Source: Acidobacteriota bacterium | Lineage (GTDB): Bacteria; Acidobacteriota; CAIWXX01 | Direction of reading: 5' to 3' | Assembly (NCBI GenBank): GCA_040755995.1 | Contig: JBFMAF010000015.1 | Span: 32,001-96,000, forward strand | Length of the DNA: 64,000 nucleotides | Shown here: piece by piece, positions 50,686 to 60,341 of the stretch | Numbering within the stretch: position 1 is the stretch's first letter | How the letters are laid out: every line of letters starts with the position of its first letter | The notes under the pieces: generated by a model | Told to the model about the DNA's origin: nothing | Seen by the model: the letters and a program-made list of their open reading frames with translations, nothing else | Databases searched by the model: none | Program-made: the position numbers and the translations under genes

Positions 50686-50899
50686 GTCTCCTCCCTCGGT
50701 GTTGGTTCAAGTATACAAAGGCCTGCGCTCGTCTGCAAGTGGGCCTTGCGCGCGGGCGCGCGGACGGCGCTTCCCCTCCACCGCCGGACGTGAGACTTCA
50801 GGGGACATTCAGGAGCTAGCCGACGACGGGCCGACAAGCGCGGGTGACTCCGACCCCGCGTGTCCGCCCCTCTTCCAGTCGGACCACGCGGAGGTGGGA

Positions 50900-51463
50900 A
50901 TGGGCAACCCGCAAGGCAAGAGGCGCAGGGAGCCGAATGTCATCGAGCGCTACAAGGGAGTCTGCCGTTTCCTCCCAGACCGGGAACACCCACCGGGTGA
51001 AGCGGAACTGAGATGGTATCGCTCTCACGCGCTGGGCTCTTCTGCACAGATCAAGCAACGCGCGCGGGTCAAATTCGACGCGCTCAAGAAGTCAGAAGCG
51101 GAATGGGCAGAAAGACAATCTGCCAAACGGGCGACCGAATACCCTGCATCTCTGCGGGAAGTCTTGGAGACGTTCAAACACATCCCTCGCGAATTTCCAG
51201 GAGGGAGAATCGAATTCACCGTACCGGACGCGAAGGAGAGTATCCCACGTGTTTGTGTGGAAGTGACAGGCGACATCAGACGCGAGCATTGGCGCGCTGC
51301 CCACCGTTTGGTGAACAGGTGGAATGAGGCGTTGAAAACGCACTGGTTCGGCGTTGACGCCAAACGTAGTCTGCTCCTGTGGCTGCTCCAGATTCGCCAT
51401 AGGGCACGATCGGAGCAGGACATCGACTTGAGAAAGTTCTCGATGCCACGATCAGGCGCGTGA
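50900..51463 (+). CDS. Hypothetical protein, probably 3'-truncated at 51400
   Basis: SD GGAGG before ATG 50900; the last ~20 codons come from the duplicated block read in another frame. Confidence 0.5.
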   Translation: MGNPQGKRRREPNVIERYKGVCRFLPDREHPPGEAELRWYRSHALGSSAQIKQRARVKFDALKKSEAEWAERQSAKRATEYPASLREVLETFKHIPREFPGGRIEFTVPDAKESIPRVCVEVTGDIRREHWRAAHRLVNRWNEALKTHWFGVDAKRSLLLWLLQIRHRARSEQDIDLRKFSMPRSGA

Positions 51464-52389
51464 CCACAAAGAAGCCGGCAACAACGCCTCTCAACGTCAG
51501 GCTCACGGACGACGAGCGCGGGCGGCTGGAGCAGGAGGCGAAGAGGCGAGGGCTACCGACTGCAACCTTCGCCAAGACGTTGATACTCGCGAGCCTTGAT
51601 TCACTGACCGAAGAGAAACACTGAGCCGGTCATGACGGACCAGGTGGCAGTGGTTCCGCTCGAACGGATCGAAGGCTGCATCTACACCATTCGCGGTCAG
51701 AGGGTGATGCTTGACGCTGACCTGGCACGGCTCTACGGGGTCCTGACGAAGGCGCTCAACCGGGCCGTCAGGCGCAACCTGAGCCGCTTCCCTGAGGACT
51801 TCATGTTCCAGATCACGACCGAAGACATGGAGGATTTGAGGTGCCAGATTGGCACCTCAATCTTGAGGTCACAACTTGGCACCTCAAACCGGGGCGGCCG
51901 GCGATACCTGCCCTACGCCTTCACTGAGCAGGGGGTCGCGATGCTGTCGAGCGTGCTGAGGAGCTAACGCGCCGTACTGGTGAACATCGCCATCATGCGG
52001 ACCATCGTGAAGCTGCGCGCCATGCTCTCGTCACACGCCGAGCTGTCCCGCAGGCTCGACAAGCTGGAGAAGAAGTACGACGCTCAATTCAAGGTGGTCT
52101 TCGACGCCATCCGCGAGCTGATGACTCCGCCCGCGAAGGACACTCGGAGGATCGGATTCACCGCGAAGGAGTGACTCATGAGCCTATACCGTCGTGGCAA
52201 GAGAGGTCTCTTCTGGTACGAGTTCGAGTTTGGGGGCAGGCGCTATCGCGGGAGCACCGGGACGAAGCAGAGGCGATCGGCAGAGCGAATCGAAGCGGAC
52301 GCGCGGGCGAAGGTAACTCTCGGCGTGCGTGACATCGGCACGCAGGGTCCTACGATGTTCTCTGCGGTCGCCGGCGAGTTCCGCGAGCT
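51401..52389 (+). repeat. Right copy of 989-bp inverted duplication
   Basis: Matches the reverse complement of 40225-41213; lacks the first 10 nt (including the ATG) of the RHH gene. Confidence 0.9.
51632..52174 (+). pseudogene. ORF6N protein pseudogene (internal nonsense codon)
   Basis: TAA at 51965-51967 where the left paralog has GAA; reading frame conserved downstream. Confidence 0.88.
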
Positions 52390-52672
52390 GGCGGAGCAGA
52401 AGGCACGGGGCGTCTACCCGACGAACGTCCTGTACCAGCTTGCCTTCTGGGAGACTGTCTTTGCCGATGTCTCCGTCGATGAGGTGAAGCTGCCCGCGAT
52501 CGAGGCGGCGATCAAGATGCGACGGCGGGCACCATCTGCCGAACGCGCAGGAGATGGGGCAGCCGGTCGCAAATTGCGACCATCTGTCGAGTCACACACT
52601 CTCGCCTGCGCCGGAGCGGGCGTTCACAGGGGCTGCGAGACTTTGCGATCCGGGAATTCCGCCGCGAGATAA
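52178..52672 (+). pseudogene. Truncated phage integrase (N-terminal region)
   Basis: MSLYRRGKRGLFWYEFEFGGRRYRGSTGTK...; no RHRY catalytic residues; runs into the 3' end of rfbD. Confidence 0.7.
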
Positions 52673-53499
52673 TCCTGCAGCGCTGCCTGCCATGGGCGTG
52701 GCCTGCGGCCGGTCAGGGCACGATAGCGCGCGCAGTCTAGCGTCGAGTAGGCCGGGCGGACCGCCGTCTGCTGTAGCTCCGCAGTGAGCCTCGGTGCGAT
52801 CTCGTAGTCCGGCCCGGCGCCCAGCTGCCGCGCTATCTCCCTGGCGTATTCCAGCCGGGTGCAGTCACCGTCATTACAGAAGTTCATCAGGCCGCGCGCG
52901 CCGGTCTCCAGGAGCCTCATCGTCGCGTCCGCAATATCGCGCGCATATGTGGGAGACCCACGCTGATCGCATACGACGCGAAGCGGCTCTCGCTCGAGCA
53001 CCTTCCGCGCGATCGCCAACACGAAGTTCTTCGGCCCGTGACCGAATACCCACGACGTGCGGATCAGCAGGTGCTGCGGGGCCGTCTTCAGCACCTGCAG
53101 GTCTCCATCCAGCTTCGTCCGCCCGTAGTGAGACAACGGATTGGGCGTGTCTTCTTCTGTGTACGGGGCCGCCTTCAGGCCGTCGAATACGAAGTCGGTC
53201 GAGTAGTGCACGAGAAGCGCTCCGCACCTTGTCGAGAGCTCCGCCAGGTGCATGGGGCCGTCCCGGTTGGCGCGCATCGCCGCTTCTCGATCGGTCTCGG
53301 CTCTCTCTACGTCGGTATAGGCCGCGCAGTTGACCACGAGATCGGGATGAATCCGTTCGAGCTCCGATTCGACCGAGGACCTGTCGCCGATGTCAAGCTC
53401 GCGAAGATCGGATGCGAGAATCTCGTGTCCCGCAGTTCGCAGCAGTCGCACGATCTCGCGGCCGAGCTGCCCGGAGGCACCCGTGACGACGACCTTCAT
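52624..53499 (-). CDS. rfbD: dTDP-4-dehydrorhamnose reductase
   Basis: VTGASGQLG, NCAAYTDVE.AE, HYSTDFVFDG, YGRTKLDGD, DQRGSPT, RPAYS.L. Confidence 0.95.
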   Translation of the reverse strand: MKVVVTGASGQLGREIVRLLRTAGHEILASDLRELDIGDRSSVESELERIHPDLVVNCAAYTDVERAETDREAAMRANRDGPMHLAELSTRCGALLVHYSTDFVFDGLKAAPYTEEDTPNPLSHYGRTKLDGDLQVLKTAPQHLLIRTSWVFGHGPKNFVLAIARKVLEREPLRVVCDQRGSPTYARDIADATMRLLETGARGLMNFCNDGDCTRLEYAREIARQLGAGPDYEIAPRLTAELQQTAVRPAYSTLDCARYRALTGRRPRPWQAALQDYLAAEFPDRKVSQPL

Positions 53500-53529
53500 G
53501 TCGCACAATCCTCGATCGCTCGTCCCGGA

Positions 53530-54555
53530 TCAGGCCTGACCCGGCGGGGCGCCGTACTGAGCCACATGGTGCCTGCGATAGTCTTCGCTCTTCTGCTTGA
53601 TCGCTTCCCACCAGGCCCGGTGCTGCGCATACCACTCGACCGTCTCCCGCAGCGCCGAGTCGAACGGGGTGGATGGGCTCCAGCCGAGCGAAGCTGCACG
53701 CGAAGAGTCGAGCGCATAGCGGCGGTCGTGCCCCAGACGGTCGGCGACAGGCCTGATGAGCGACTCGGGCTTGCCGAGCAGCCGCAGTATCCTGTGCGAC
53801 AGCTCCCGGTTTTCGAGCTCGTTGCCACCGCCGAGGTTGTATGCCTTGCCCGGCTGCCCTTTCTCGATCAGCGTCCCGAGCCCGCGGCAGAGGTCTCCTA
53901 CGAAAAGCCAGTCCCGGACATTTCGCCCGTCGCCGTAAAGCGGCAGCGGCACGTCGTCAAGCGCATTGGTGGTGAAGAGCGGTATCACCTTCTCTGGATA
54001 CTGATAAGGCCCGAATGCATTGCTGGGCCTGGCAATGATCACCGGCACGCCGTACGTGACGAAGTACGAGTAGGCCAGCCGATCCCCACCCGCCTTCGAG
54101 GCGGAGTACGGCGAGCTTGGGTTCAGCGCGTCTTCCTCCCGGAATCGCCCCTGTGCGATGCTGCCGTAGACTTCGTCTGTCGAGATGTGGAGAAACAGGC
54201 GCCCGCCTCTCTTGCGAAACGCTTCGAGCAGCACGCCGACCCCCAGCACATCCGTCCGGATGAAGGACAGTGGTTCGAGTATGGACCGGTCCACGTGCGT
54301 CTCGGCCGCGAAGTTTACTACTATCGTAGTAGACTCGATGAGGGACTCCACCATCGGCCCGTCGCAGATGTCTCCCTTGACGAATGAGTAGCGCGGATCC
54401 CCGACCACGCCCTCGAGATTGGCGAGATTGCCCGCATAGGTGAGCTTGTCGAGATTCGTGACACGGCAGTCAGCCTCCCGCTCCAACAGAGATCTGATGA
54501 AGTTGCTGCCGATGAATCCGGCTCCGCCGGTGATCAGGTAGTGGGTTTGGCTCAT
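53530..54555 (-). CDS. rfbB: dTDP-glucose 4,6-dehydratase
   Basis: TGGAGFIGSNF, DKLTYAGN, FAAETHVDRSI, STDEVYG, PSSPYSASKA, DRLGHDRRY. Confidence 0.96.
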   Translation of the reverse strand: MSQTHYLITGGAGFIGSNFIRSLLEREADCRVTNLDKLTYAGNLANLEGVVGDPRYSFVKGDICDGPMVESLIESTTIVVNFAAETHVDRSILEPLSFIRTDVLGVGVLLEAFRKRGGRLFLHISTDEVYGSIAQGRFREEDALNPSSPYSASKAGGDRLAYSYFVTYGVPVIIARPSNAFGPYQYPEKVIPLFTTNALDDVPLPLYGDGRNVRDWLFVGDLCRGLGTLIEKGQPGKAYNLGGGNELENRELSHRILRLLGKPESLIRPVADRLGHDRRYALDSSRAASLGWSPSTPFDSALRETVEWYAQHRAWWEAIKQKSEDYRRHHVAQYGAPPGQA

Positions 54556-54559
54556 ACGC

Positions 54560-55624
54560 CTAGTGGACTCCCACTTCGCTGTTGTCGCCGATGTTGAATC
54601 TCCATGCGCGAGGTTTCATCGGGTGCTTGTAGATTCTCACGTTGCGGCCGATGAGGCTGCTTTCGATCCGGCTGCCGATCGACTCGATCGCGCTGCCCTC
54701 CATGACGATCGAATGCTCGATCTCGCTGTGCACGATCCGGACGCCGGCGCCGAGCGAGGTGAAAGGGCCGACGTACGAGTGGTGCACGTGGGCGTCCCTT
54801 CCGATGATCACGGGGCCTCGAACCACACTCTCCTCGACCGTCGCTCCGGGCTCGATCACCACCTTCCCTTCGATGCGGCTGGCTGCGTCGACTGTCCCGT
54901 CGATCCGTTCGTCGAACGTCTCGAGGATCAGCCGGTTTGCCTCCAGCAGATCCTCCACCTTTCCCATGTCCTTCCACCATCCGCTGACTACGTGCGGTTC
55001 GACCACGTGTCCTCTGTCCACAAGGTACTGGATCGCATCCGTGATCTCGAGCTCGTCGCGCCACGAGGGAGAAATGGCCTTGACGGCGGGGAAGATCGAG
55101 CGATCGAACATGTACACGCCGACAAGCGCCAGATCGCTGCGGGGCACCTTCGGCTTCTCCACCAGCCGCTTCACTCGCCCGTCCTCCAGCTCCGCCACGC
55201 CGAACTGCGACGGGTTGCGCACGTGCGCCAGAAGGATCTGGGCGTTGGGCTTGCGCTCGCGGAATTCGTCCACCAGCGTCCTGATGCCGCTCTTCAGCAG
55301 GTTGTCGCCCAGGTACATCACGAACGGCTCTTCACCCAGGAAGCGCTCCGAGATAAGCACGGCATGAGCCAGGCCCAGAGGTGCCTCCTGCGGGATATAG
55401 GTCACGCTGCAGCCGAGCGACGACCCGTCCCCGACGGCGGACTCGATCTCGCTTCTCGTGTCTCCCACCACGATCCCGATGTCCCTGATACCCGCCTGCA
55501 CGAGCGCATCGATGCCGTAGAACAGCACGGGCTTGTTGGCCACCGGCACGAGCTGCTTGGCATTGGTGAACGTCAGCGGTCGAAGCCGCGTCCCTTTTCC
55601 TCCGCTCAGTATCAATCCACGCAT
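54560..55624 (-). CDS. rfbA: Glucose-1-phosphate thymidylyltransferase (long form)
   Basis: LSGGKGTRLRPLT...KQLVPVANKP, PLGLAHAV, YLGDN, VEKP, ELEITDA; hexapeptide C-terminus. Confidence 0.93.
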   Translation of the reverse strand: MRGLILSGGKGTRLRPLTFTNAKQLVPVANKPVLFYGIDALVQAGIRDIGIVVGDTRSEIESAVGDGSSLGCSVTYIPQEAPLGLAHAVLISERFLGEEPFVMYLGDNLLKSGIRTLVDEFRERKPNAQILLAHVRNPSQFGVAELEDGRVKRLVEKPKVPRSDLALVGVYMFDRSIFPAVKAISPSWRDELEITDAIQYLVDRGHVVEPHVVSGWWKDMGKVEDLLEANRLILETFDERIDGTVDAASRIEGKVVIEPGATVEESVVRGPVIIGRDAHVHHSYVGPFTSLGAGVRIVHSEIEHSIVMEGSAIESIGSRIESSLIGRNVRIYKHPMKPRAWRFNIGDNSEVGVH

Positions 55625-56039
55625 CTGCCTATCTCCAGTCGGGACGGCGACGCGGCTTCCTGTCTGAAGGCCGGATCGCGAGACCCGCATCTTGGCGCGC
55701 GAACGCACCCGGTTCCTGCCGTCACACAAGAGATATCACACGGAGAGCGACGCGTTCAAATGCGGAACGACTCGAATGCGGAGTGCGGAATGGGGCCGCG
55801 GTGCAATCGGTGGCCATGCGCGACCGTTGCAGTCCACGGAGAAGGACGTCAAATGCGGAATGGGAGTCCGTCGAACGATCGGTGGCCGCGCGCCGCGGTT
55901 CCAGCCCACGGCACACGGTGAGACAACCCCGATGCGGAGGCTGCCCCAGCGTTGCGGCCCGCCGTGCAGGGCCACGATTTGACGTTTCAGAGGCGCGGTT
56001 GGTAGACTGCCGAGTATCACGCTATTGAGGAGTATCCGC

Positions 56040-57407
56040 ATGTCGCTATCCAACAGGGTCGTGGTTCTCTCGATGACTGTGCTCCTGTCCGTTCCGCTCG
56101 CCCGGGCCGGCAAGGTGTCCGATCAGCACAAGAAGTGGGTTGAAGAGGACGTCCGGTTCCTGATCAGCGGTGATGAGGCGAAGGCCTTCAAGGACCTCAA
56201 GGATGATTCCGAGTGTGATCATTTCATCCAGCTATTCTGGGCCCGGCGTGATCCGACACCGCTGACCCCTGTCAATGAGCTCAAGGACCAGTACTCCGAC
56301 CGGCTGGTGTTCGTCGGAAGCGACCGGTTTCCTCGATCGCGAGGCGGAGTCAACTCCGACATGGCGCGAGTCTTTCTGCTGCTGGGGCAGCCTTCCGAGC
56401 AGCAGCGCGACGGCGGAGTGCTCATCTGGGTCTATCCGGCGCTTCCACAGTTCGGCTCGACCCACCCGATCCGATTCGCGTTCATCGATCCGGACGGGGC
56501 GGGCTACGAGTTTCTCCTCGACAGAACTGACGGTCTGGACCTTCTTGCAGCCGTGCCGAAGTCCCTGGTGCTTCACCCGGAGCTCAAGGATCTACCCGTC
56601 TACCCGCACATGATGGACCAGAAGATGACCGCCATCATCGATGAGTTCATGAGGACGGGGCAGGCGCGGGACGAGATCCCGTGTGCGATCAATCCGCTGT
56701 ACTTGAAATCAGAGGGCGGCGCCACGTACGTCAGTCTTATCGCAGACTTCGAGGCAGACCCTGGGAAGTCAGCGAAACTGGCTGCATTCGGCAGGTGCGC
56801 AGGTCCGGCTGAGGCTCGCGAGTTCAATGAGCCGATGATTACGACCCAGGCGGTCGACCGCCCGGTGGCATACACGGGGTTCACCCTGATGCCCGGGAAG
56901 TATGACCTCTTCGTGGGGATCATGCAGATGGAATCCGGAAAAGTATCGCTTCGCAAGGTTGCCATTGATGTGCCGGCCTTCGAGGCCGGCAAGCTCGCCA
57001 TGTCCGGCCTGGTCGCATCGGACAGGATCGAGGGCGCCGAGGCAAGGCCGCCATCTGCTCCGACCAGCCCCTTCGTCTTCGGCCACTACCAGTTGGCTCC
57101 CAAGACCGCGCAAGTCTACAAGAAGGATCTTTCGATTTTCGTCTTCTACAACGTTTACGGCTACGGAATCGACAACGGAGTGATGAAGGTCTCGGCGGAA
57201 TATGTCTTCAACAAAGACGGCCAGTACTTCAACCGCGTTCCGCCGGATGCGACCTCGCAGAAAGCCGCCGAGAATCAGGCTGTGGTGATGGGTACCGAGG
57301 TCCCCTTGGCGACGTTCCCTCCGGGCAAGTACACCGTGGTCGTGAATCTGGAGGACAAGCTCACGGGAGCCAGGACCGGCCGGGAGCTGGCATTCGAGGT
57401 GAAGTAG
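56040..57407 (+). CDS. GWxTD-family secreted protein (degenerate motif)
   Basis: Signal peptide; KWVEEDVRFLI..FIQLFWARRDPTP.TPVNE..GGVNSDMARVFLLLG.P; SD GAGGAG. Confidence 0.85.
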   Translation: MSLSNRVVVLSMTVLLSVPLARAGKVSDQHKKWVEEDVRFLISGDEAKAFKDLKDDSECDHFIQLFWARRDPTPLTPVNELKDQYSDRLVFVGSDRFPRSRGGVNSDMARVFLLLGQPSEQQRDGGVLIWVYPALPQFGSTHPIRFAFIDPDGAGYEFLLDRTDGLDLLAAVPKSLVLHPELKDLPVYPHMMDQKMTAIIDEFMRTGQARDEIPCAINPLYLKSEGGATYVSLIADFEADPGKSAKLAAFGRCAGPAEAREFNEPMITTQAVDRPVAYTGFTLMPGKYDLFVGIMQMESGKVSLRKVAIDVPAFEAGKLAMSGLVASDRIEGAEARPPSAPTSPFVFGHYQLAPKTAQVYKKDLSIFVFYNVYGYGIDNGVMKVSAEYVFNKDGQYFNRVPPDATSQKAAENQAVVMGTEVPLATFPPGKYTVVVNLEDKLTGARTGRELAFEVK

Positions 57408-57604
57408 AGCGGGCGCGCAGCGTTGTGCCGGTGACCCGGAGACGCGGGGACAAGGTGAGGAGCACAGGTTGGGTGCCACGCGCTTCCCACTCGCGGCGCC
57501 TCTGCCTCATTGTGAGGGGAGTGTCGCAAGAAGCCGCGGCTGTGTGGACCGGCCACAACCTGTAGTGGTCAGTCACTCGAGCCACCTGAGCGCCGGGACA
57601 TCTC

Positions 57605-59560
57605 ATGAGTCACCGTGAGCACGGGGTCGCCCGCCGATGGCATCTCGCCGCCGTTGCGCTGCTGGTCTGGTCCTGCGCTCTGACCTGGCTCTATCTCGCC
57701 CAGCGGCCTGCTCCGCCCACTCTCGAAGCCGCCGGCCGACTCGGCTTCGGGATCATCACGATCGTGTTTTTCCTGTGCGTCCTGACGGCGCTCGGGAGAC
57801 CTGTGGTGAAACTGATCCTCGGAACGGAGGGGGCGGCCGCGGGGGAGCTCGAGGTCTCGATCTACGGCTTCGGTATGGGAGCGGCGGTCGTGTCGCTTGC
57901 GGTCTTCACGATCGCGAACCTCGGGATAATGTACCGCGGCGTGCTGCTTGGCGCCCTGACGGCAGCGGCTCTCTTGGCGGTGATGAGCAATTTCGCCAAG
58001 ACCATGAGGGAAACCGCGACCGTGATTCCCGCGCGCACGCTGGTCATTCTTGTTCCTCTCCTCGCTCTGGCCGGAATGTGCGCACTTGTAGAACCCGGAT
58101 CCACCGACGCATTGCTTTACCATCTCTCGATACCGGCGACTTACCTCCGCCAGCACTCCATGGCCCCGATCCCGAACAACTTCTTCTCCTTCTGGCCCAT
58201 GGGGTGCGAAATGCTCTACGCGATCGGGCTGGCAGTTGCCGGCGAGATCGCTCCGGCGCTGATCAATCTCACCTTCGCGCTGGTCACGCTCGTGTTGTTG
58301 CAGCGGATCGCGTCCGCGCCGAGGCTCATAGGTCCGGCAGCGCTCTTCTACATGGCGCCGGCCGTAACTATAAACTCGGGCTTCCCATACGCCGACTTCG
58401 GCCTGACCTTCTTCGTCCTTGTCGCATTTCGTTCGCTGGGGCACTTCTTCCAGACACGGCGTGTGCGCTGGGCAGTGCTGGCAGGACTGTTCTCCTCGGC
58501 GGCGATCGCATGCAAGTACACCGGGTTCTACGCATTGGCCGGCTTCCTCGTCCTGTTCGCGGTGAGGCGTTTCCCGGGCGGATGGCGGGCGTTGGTCGTG
58601 TTCCTGGCGGCCAGCGCAGTCCTGGCGGGGCCGTGGCTGGCGCGCAATGCCGTGTACACGGGCAACCCCGTCTACCCGTATCTCGATTCGATCTGGGGCC
58701 GACATTGCGGTGACACGTATAGGGCCGACCGGCAGAGCTTCGAGCTCAAGAACATCGAAGGCGACCTCCACCTGGGATGGAAGTCCCTTCTGTTGCTCCC
58801 TTTCTACTACACCTTTGCTCAACCGTTCCTCGACTATGCACTGGGGCCGATCCCCGTCATCTTGCTCCCTCTGGTCCTCCTCGTCATGGCCCGGCATCGC
58901 GACATCCTTATCTTCTGCATCTCGTTCGCGGCGTTATGGGTCCTCTTCTCCCCGCAGACCCGGCACCTGTTCCCCGTCCTGGCGCTGCTGGCCGTGGCCG
59001 AGGCCGACGCGTTGGCCGAGTTCGCTGCAAGAGCCGGACCACTGATCAAGCCGATCATCGCTGCCGTTCTTCTGCTCGGTGCAGTGAGCTTCTTACACCT
59101 TCTCTATTTTTACAGGATGACGTGGGACCCGCTGCCCAGGCTGCTCGGCGCAGAGACGAGCGAGCAGTTTCTTGCGCGGACGATGTCCGATTATCCGGCG
59201 ATCGCCTTCATGAAAACGCTGCCGCCGGACGCCACCCTTCTCACAGTCGGAGAGATGCATCCGTTCCGAGTCCCGCGAAGGTGCTTTCCGGAGAGCAAGT
59301 TCGACACGCCGCTCATTGTCACTCTTTCCCGCGGCTGCCGGAGTTCCCGAGAGGTCACCCAGAAGGTCACCGCACTCGGCGTGACCCACATCCTATACAA
59401 CCTTCCCGAGATAACACGGATGTCGTGGATTCCGGGCCAATACCTCGACTGGTCGAGCCCCGAGGATGAAAGAGCGTTTTTCGATTTCCTCCGGGAACGC
59501 TGCACTGCTATCTTTGACCGGAATGGCGTCGTGGTTTACAAGATCCTGCCTACCAAGTAA
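57605..59560 (+). CDS. Polytopic membrane protein, GT-C/ArnT-like glycosyltransferase
   Basis: Many TMs; DALLYHL..P, ACKYTG, PWLARN...TGNPVYP, QTRHLFP. Confidence 0.75.
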   Translation: MSHREHGVARRWHLAAVALLVWSCALTWLYLAQRPAPPTLEAAGRLGFGIITIVFFLCVLTALGRPVVKLILGTEGAAAGELEVSIYGFGMGAAVVSLAVFTIANLGIMYRGVLLGALTAAALLAVMSNFAKTMRETATVIPARTLVILVPLLALAGMCALVEPGSTDALLYHLSIPATYLRQHSMAPIPNNFFSFWPMGCEMLYAIGLAVAGEIAPALINLTFALVTLVLLQRIASAPRLIGPAALFYMAPAVTINSGFPYADFGLTFFVLVAFRSLGHFFQTRRVRWAVLAGLFSSAAIACKYTGFYALAGFLVLFAVRRFPGGWRALVVFLAASAVLAGPWLARNAVYTGNPVYPYLDSIWGRHCGDTYRADRQSFELKNIEGDLHLGWKSLLLLPFYYTFAQPFLDYALGPIPVILLPLVLLVMARHRDILIFCISFAALWVLFSPQTRHLFPVLALLAVAEADALAEFAARAGPLIKPIIAAVLLLGAVSFLHLLYFYRMTWDPLPRLLGAETSEQFLARTMSDYPAIAFMKTLPPDATLLTVGEMHPFRVPRRCFPESKFDTPLIVTLSRGCRSSREVTQKVTALGVTHILYNLPEITRMSWIPGQYLDWSSPEDERAFFDFLRERCTAIFDRNGVVVYKILPTK

Positions 59561-59586
59561 GATTTCGCGGCGAGGCAGAGATTCTC

Positions 59587-60330
59587 ATGGACAGTGCGCA
59601 GCATCTTCAGGCGGGCCTCCTGGCGCTGCTCGCCGGCTTCTCCAACTTCATGGGAGGGCTGGCGATCACGTCGCGGAAGAGCTGGGACAGAGCCGCTTTC
59701 GGCATGTGCCTCGCGCTGGGCGCCGGCTTCATGCTGGCCCTTTCGGTTCTGAAGCTGCTGCCTCTCTCGCTCGAGTACTCCTCAAACGCCACACTATATA
59801 TGCTCGTTGGGTACCTCATCGTGCACTTTTTCGAGCATACGCTTTCGCCGCACTTCCATTTCGGCGAGGAGGTGCACCACGAGGAGCTGGTGAAGCCCGT
59901 TGTCGGATGGACGGCGTTCATCGGCCTGGCGATCCACTCCCTTTTCGATGGCATTGCTATGGCGTCGGGGTTCGCGATCGACTTCTCGCTGGGCCTGATC
60001 ATCTTCGTGGCTCTGCTGCTGCACAAGCTCCCAGAGGGATTCACTGTCGCGACCATTTTTCTGGTCTCTGGGCGCAGCCGCGCTGCCGCGCTCCTCGCCT
60101 CGACCGCCCTCGGACTGCTCTCCATCACCGGGTTTTTCCTTCTCATTCGATTCAAGCAGCACCTCGGCATAGCGCTTCCTATCTCAGCCGGCGCGACCCT
60201 CTACGTCGCGGCGAGTGATCTCATCCCGGCCGTCAACGAAGAGAAGGGGATTCGAATGAGCCTGTGCGTCTTCGTGGGCGTCTGTCTCTTCTATATCACG
60301 GAGTCCCTGATCGATAAGTTCGGACTCTGA
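59587..60330 (+). CDS. ZIP family metal transporter
   Basis: GAGFML, HFHFGEE.HH, IHSLFDGIA, LHKLPEG, LYVAASDLIP. Confidence 0.92.
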   Translation: MDSAQHLQAGLLALLAGFSNFMGGLAITSRKSWDRAAFGMCLALGAGFMLALSVLKLLPLSLEYSSNATLYMLVGYLIVHFFEHTLSPHFHFGEEVHHEELVKPVVGWTAFIGLAIHSLFDGIAMASGFAIDFSLGLIIFVALLLHKLPEGFTVATIFLVSGRSRAAALLASTALGLLSITGFFLLIRFKQHLGIALPISAGATLYVAASDLIPAVNEEKGIRMSLCVFVGVCLFYITESLIDKFGL

Positions 60331-60341
60331 GGACGGCCGGC

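Larger units (their letters stand above)
49077..52620. mobile_element. Decayed second element in tandem at the same tRNA
   Basis: Follows attR; contains a TA pair, an ORF6N pseudogene and a truncated integrase; no third att copy seen; right boundary approximate. Confidence 0.6.

Noticed and set aside
40225..52389. Diversity-generating retroelement TR/VR pair
   Set aside because: Differences between the copies are not adenine-specific and no reverse transcriptase is present.
39956..52672. Complete prophage
   Set aside because: No capsid, portal, terminase, tail or lysis genes recognised, and the region is too small.
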